From Nannocystales bacterium (GTDB lineage: Bacteria > Myxococcota_A > Polyangia > Nannocystales > Nannocystaceae), in contig JBOEGF010000013.1 of the NCBI GenBank assembly GCA_050633305.1, positions 224,001 to 288,000 on the forward strand: a stretch of 64,000 nucleotides of DNA, written 5' to 3'. Below are positions 61,861-64,000 of this stretch, piece after piece. The position numbers and the translations under genes are program-made. The notes under the pieces are model-generated. The model was not told the DNA's origin. It made no database searches and saw only the letters and a program-made list of their open reading frames with translations. How positions within the stretch are numbered: position 1 is the first letter of the stretch; each line of letters starts with the position of its first letter.

Positions 61861-63515
61861 TTGCCCATCCCCTGGCTGGCATCGACCAGCCGCATGTCTT
61901 TGTCACGGACGATCAACCGCCGTACGGGGTCCGCCTTCGCCTCCAACGTGTCTCCCCGCATCGAACGCTCGAAATACTCCGCGCACGGTCCGAGATACTC
62001 GCGACCACTCCAGTCGGCGAGAAAGTCCTCGAGCACGTGAAACTCCGACCGCCGCGCGCCGTCCGTGCCAGAGCGCATCTCGACGACGGGGTGGATGTTG
62101 GTACTCGACGCACCGTCGTAGACGTTGGTGCTCCGGTCGTAGTCGTGGGGGTTCGGCGGGTTGTCGCCGAGTCGGAACATCAGAATGTAGAAGTCCCGCC
62201 CCTCGCTGATCTTCGCGCCATGCTCCACCAGGTAGTCGTAGGGATGGGAGAAGATGTACCGCGCGGTGCCCCCGGGCTCTTTGGGAAGCACGATCATGTC
62301 CGCGAGGAAGCCGACCTGCTGCCAAAGCGAGGACACGCGGTTCATCCGGGCGAGGAATGCTTCTGCGAGCGCGCCTCCTGTGGGCTCGACCTCGATCGAG
62401 GGTAGCGGGTCTTGGTGGTAGCGCTCCGCCAGGAGTCCGGCGAGTGACTCGGTGTTGTAGCGGAACCCATGGATGAATGCGGACTGAGCCCGCTTGTGGT
62501 CGAGGAACTGGGTCACCGTCCCCGCGAAGAAGAGACCCGGGACGTTGCTCGACTCGAAGCCAGTGCTCATCGTGGGCAGGCGTCCGCACTCGGAGAGCTC
62601 GGGCAAGCAGGTCTCGTCGAAGATCGACCGGTCGAAGCGAAAGCCGGTACAGCGCAACACCGCGTCGTACTCGATCTGCTCGACTTCGTTGGCTGCGTGA
62701 ATCGAGGAGAAGCTGACACGGATCTTCCCCGTATCGGTGCGCTCCATCCCCTGGACGTTGCCGTCGATGATCCCGTTCTGAGACTTGAGGTGGTACGTGT
62801 CGAGAAAGTTGTTGTTGACCGCCCGCAGGTGCCCCACGAACCGTGAGTCCCACGCGAGGGTGACCGGGTGCGGGCTGAGCATGTGGATGACGGCGGCCGT
62901 GGGAATGAGGTTGTCGGCGGTTTCGAAGGCCGAGTTTCCCTTGCCCAGGATGAGCACGTTCTTGTTGTGGAACTCCGCCGGGTCGACGGACATCGTCTCG
63001 TAGCCCTCGGCGAGTTCGATGCCAGGAACGTCCGGGATCACCGGGGTTCCGACACCCGTCGCAACAACGAGACACCGAGCCCGGTATCGCTGCCCGCCCT
63101 CGCATTCGGCTTCGAAAGACCCCTGGCCATCTTCGCGACGCACCGAGGTCACTCGGCGCTCGAGGTGGACCTGAAGCTCGTTCGCCCGGACGAATCGCGC
63201 AAGGTAGTCGACCAAGACGTCGGCCGAGGGAAAGTACTCTTGGGTCAGCTCCGTCATGCGCCCCGACGCGTCCTCGCTGATCAGCGAGTTCCAGTCGTGG
63301 CGGAGGTTGAATTCCGGGTCGTCCCGGCCCGTTGCCGACTTGTTGATCGACAACAGCGTCCGGTGTCGTGGATACCGTGAGAAGAACGCTCCCACGTGGT
63401 CGGCCCCGTCCAGGACTACGTAGCGACGCCCTGCGCGTTGAAGGAAGTACGCGAGCTGCAGCCCGGCAGGTCCCGCTCCAAGGATGAGGTAGTCGGTTTC
63501 GAACGTCGTCGCCAT
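61857..63515 (-). CDS. FOXRED2-like FAD/NAD(P)H oxidoreductase, paralog A
   Basis: ILGAGPAGLQL, YPRHRTLLSINK..TG...EFNLRHDWNSL, GKGNSAFETA, LKSQNG, SAFIHGFRY. Confidence 0.92.
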   Translation of the reverse strand: MATTFETDYLILGAGPAGLQLAYFLQRAGRRYVVLDGADHVGAFFSRYPRHRTLLSINKSATGRDDPEFNLRHDWNSLISEDASGRMTELTQEYFPSADVLVDYLARFVRANELQVHLERRVTSVRREDGQGSFEAECEGGQRYRARCLVVATGVGTPVIPDVPGIELAEGYETMSVDPAEFHNKNVLILGKGNSAFETADNLIPTAAVIHMLSPHPVTLAWDSRFVGHLRAVNNNFLDTYHLKSQNGIIDGNVQGMERTDTGKIRVSFSSIHAANEVEQIEYDAVLRCTGFRFDRSIFDETCLPELSECGRLPTMSTGFESSNVPGLFFAGTVTQFLDHKRAQSAFIHGFRYNTESLAGLLAERYHQDPLPSIEVEPTGGALAEAFLARMNRVSSLWQQVGFLADMIVLPKEPGGTARYIFSHPYDYLVEHGAKISEGRDFYILMFRLGDNPPNPHDYDRSTNVYDGASSTNIHPVVEMRSGTDGARRSEFHVLEDFLADWSGREYLGPCAEYFERSMRGDTLEAKADPVRRLIVRDKDMRLVDASQGMGK

Positions 63516-63540
63516 GGTGTCTGTGCCTCGTTGGTCGGAC

Positions 63541-64000
63541 CTACTCCGACAGGAAATGTGTCCCGCTCTCCAGCGCCGCGTGGGTCCGCGAGAGCATCTC
63601 GTCGCAGAAGCTCTCGGTTCGGTCGAAGATGCCGTGGACGAGTGCTTCTGCTCGAGGGCGCATCGACTCGGGCAGGACGCAGGAGCGAATGTCCTCAACC
63701 TCGCTGCCGATCGCATGACCGGTCTCTCGCTCGAGGTGGTGCTGTGAGAAGTAGACCAGTCGCTCTCGCTGCGGATGCGAGCTGGCAGCACGGGCGGTCG
63801 CAGAAAGCCACACGTTGCCTTGGGCTTCGAGCGCTTCGATGATCACCAAGCGAAGCTCGGCGCTCGCATCTCGGGCGGCCGCGATGACGTAGTGCCCCAG
63901 CTCGCGCGCATGCTTGCCCTCGTCGCTCCACAGGAACCGAAGAACATCCGTAAACCGGCATTCTCGGTCGAATCCTAGGACTTTGAGGTCGTGGAGGAAC
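63541..64000 (-). CDS. AetD-like heme-oxygenase-like diiron oxidase (HDO); 5' part outside the window
   Basis: Manual translation FLHDLKVLGFDRECRFTDVLRFLWSDEGKHARELGH...IIEALEAQG...YFSQHHLERETGHAIG versus recalled AetD FLNDLELLGFDKTMRFSEALRFVWSDDLLHTRRLCH...VIEAMETAG...HVEVETGHAVG. Confidence 0.85.
   Translation of the reverse strand, partial: FLHDLKVLGFDRECRFTDVLRFLWSDEGKHARELGHYVIAAARDASAELRLVIIEALEAQGNVWLSATARAASSHPQRERLVYFSQHHLERETGHAIGSEVEDIRSCVLPESMRPRAEALVHGIFDRTESFCDEMLSRTHAALESGTHFLSE

Overview
GC-rich bacterial window whose gene repertoire points to a myxobacterium (Myxococcota, probably Nannocystaceae-like): many Ser/Thr-rich lipoproteins, Cys-rich repeats, MYXO-CTERM-type tails, a Ser/Thr kinase-TPR and ECF sigma factors. 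It holds tRNA-Asp(GTC), dbpA, an RND pump pair and about 50 CDS. Main finding: the right end carries a tightly coupled operon that runs off the window. It encodes an AetD-like heme-oxygenase-like diiron enzyme, two tandem FOXRED2-like flavoproteins, and an AetF-like single-component flavin halogenase with an internal multi-TM insertion. This is a candidate halogenation/nitrile-type biosynthetic cassette with a different gene set from the cyanobacterial aetokthonotoxin cluster. Other highlights: (i) a VioB/RebD-like protein whose ferritin-like tail is replaced by a jacalin-like lectin, coupled to a CxxCH lipoprotein; (ii) a ~14.4 kb accessory block bracketed by a diverged ~250-280 bp direct repeat of a convergent gene junction; (iii) inside that block, an SH3/LysM polymorphic toxin-immunity pair and several gene remnants. 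Family assignments come from motif recognition and recalled reference sequences, not from database searches.
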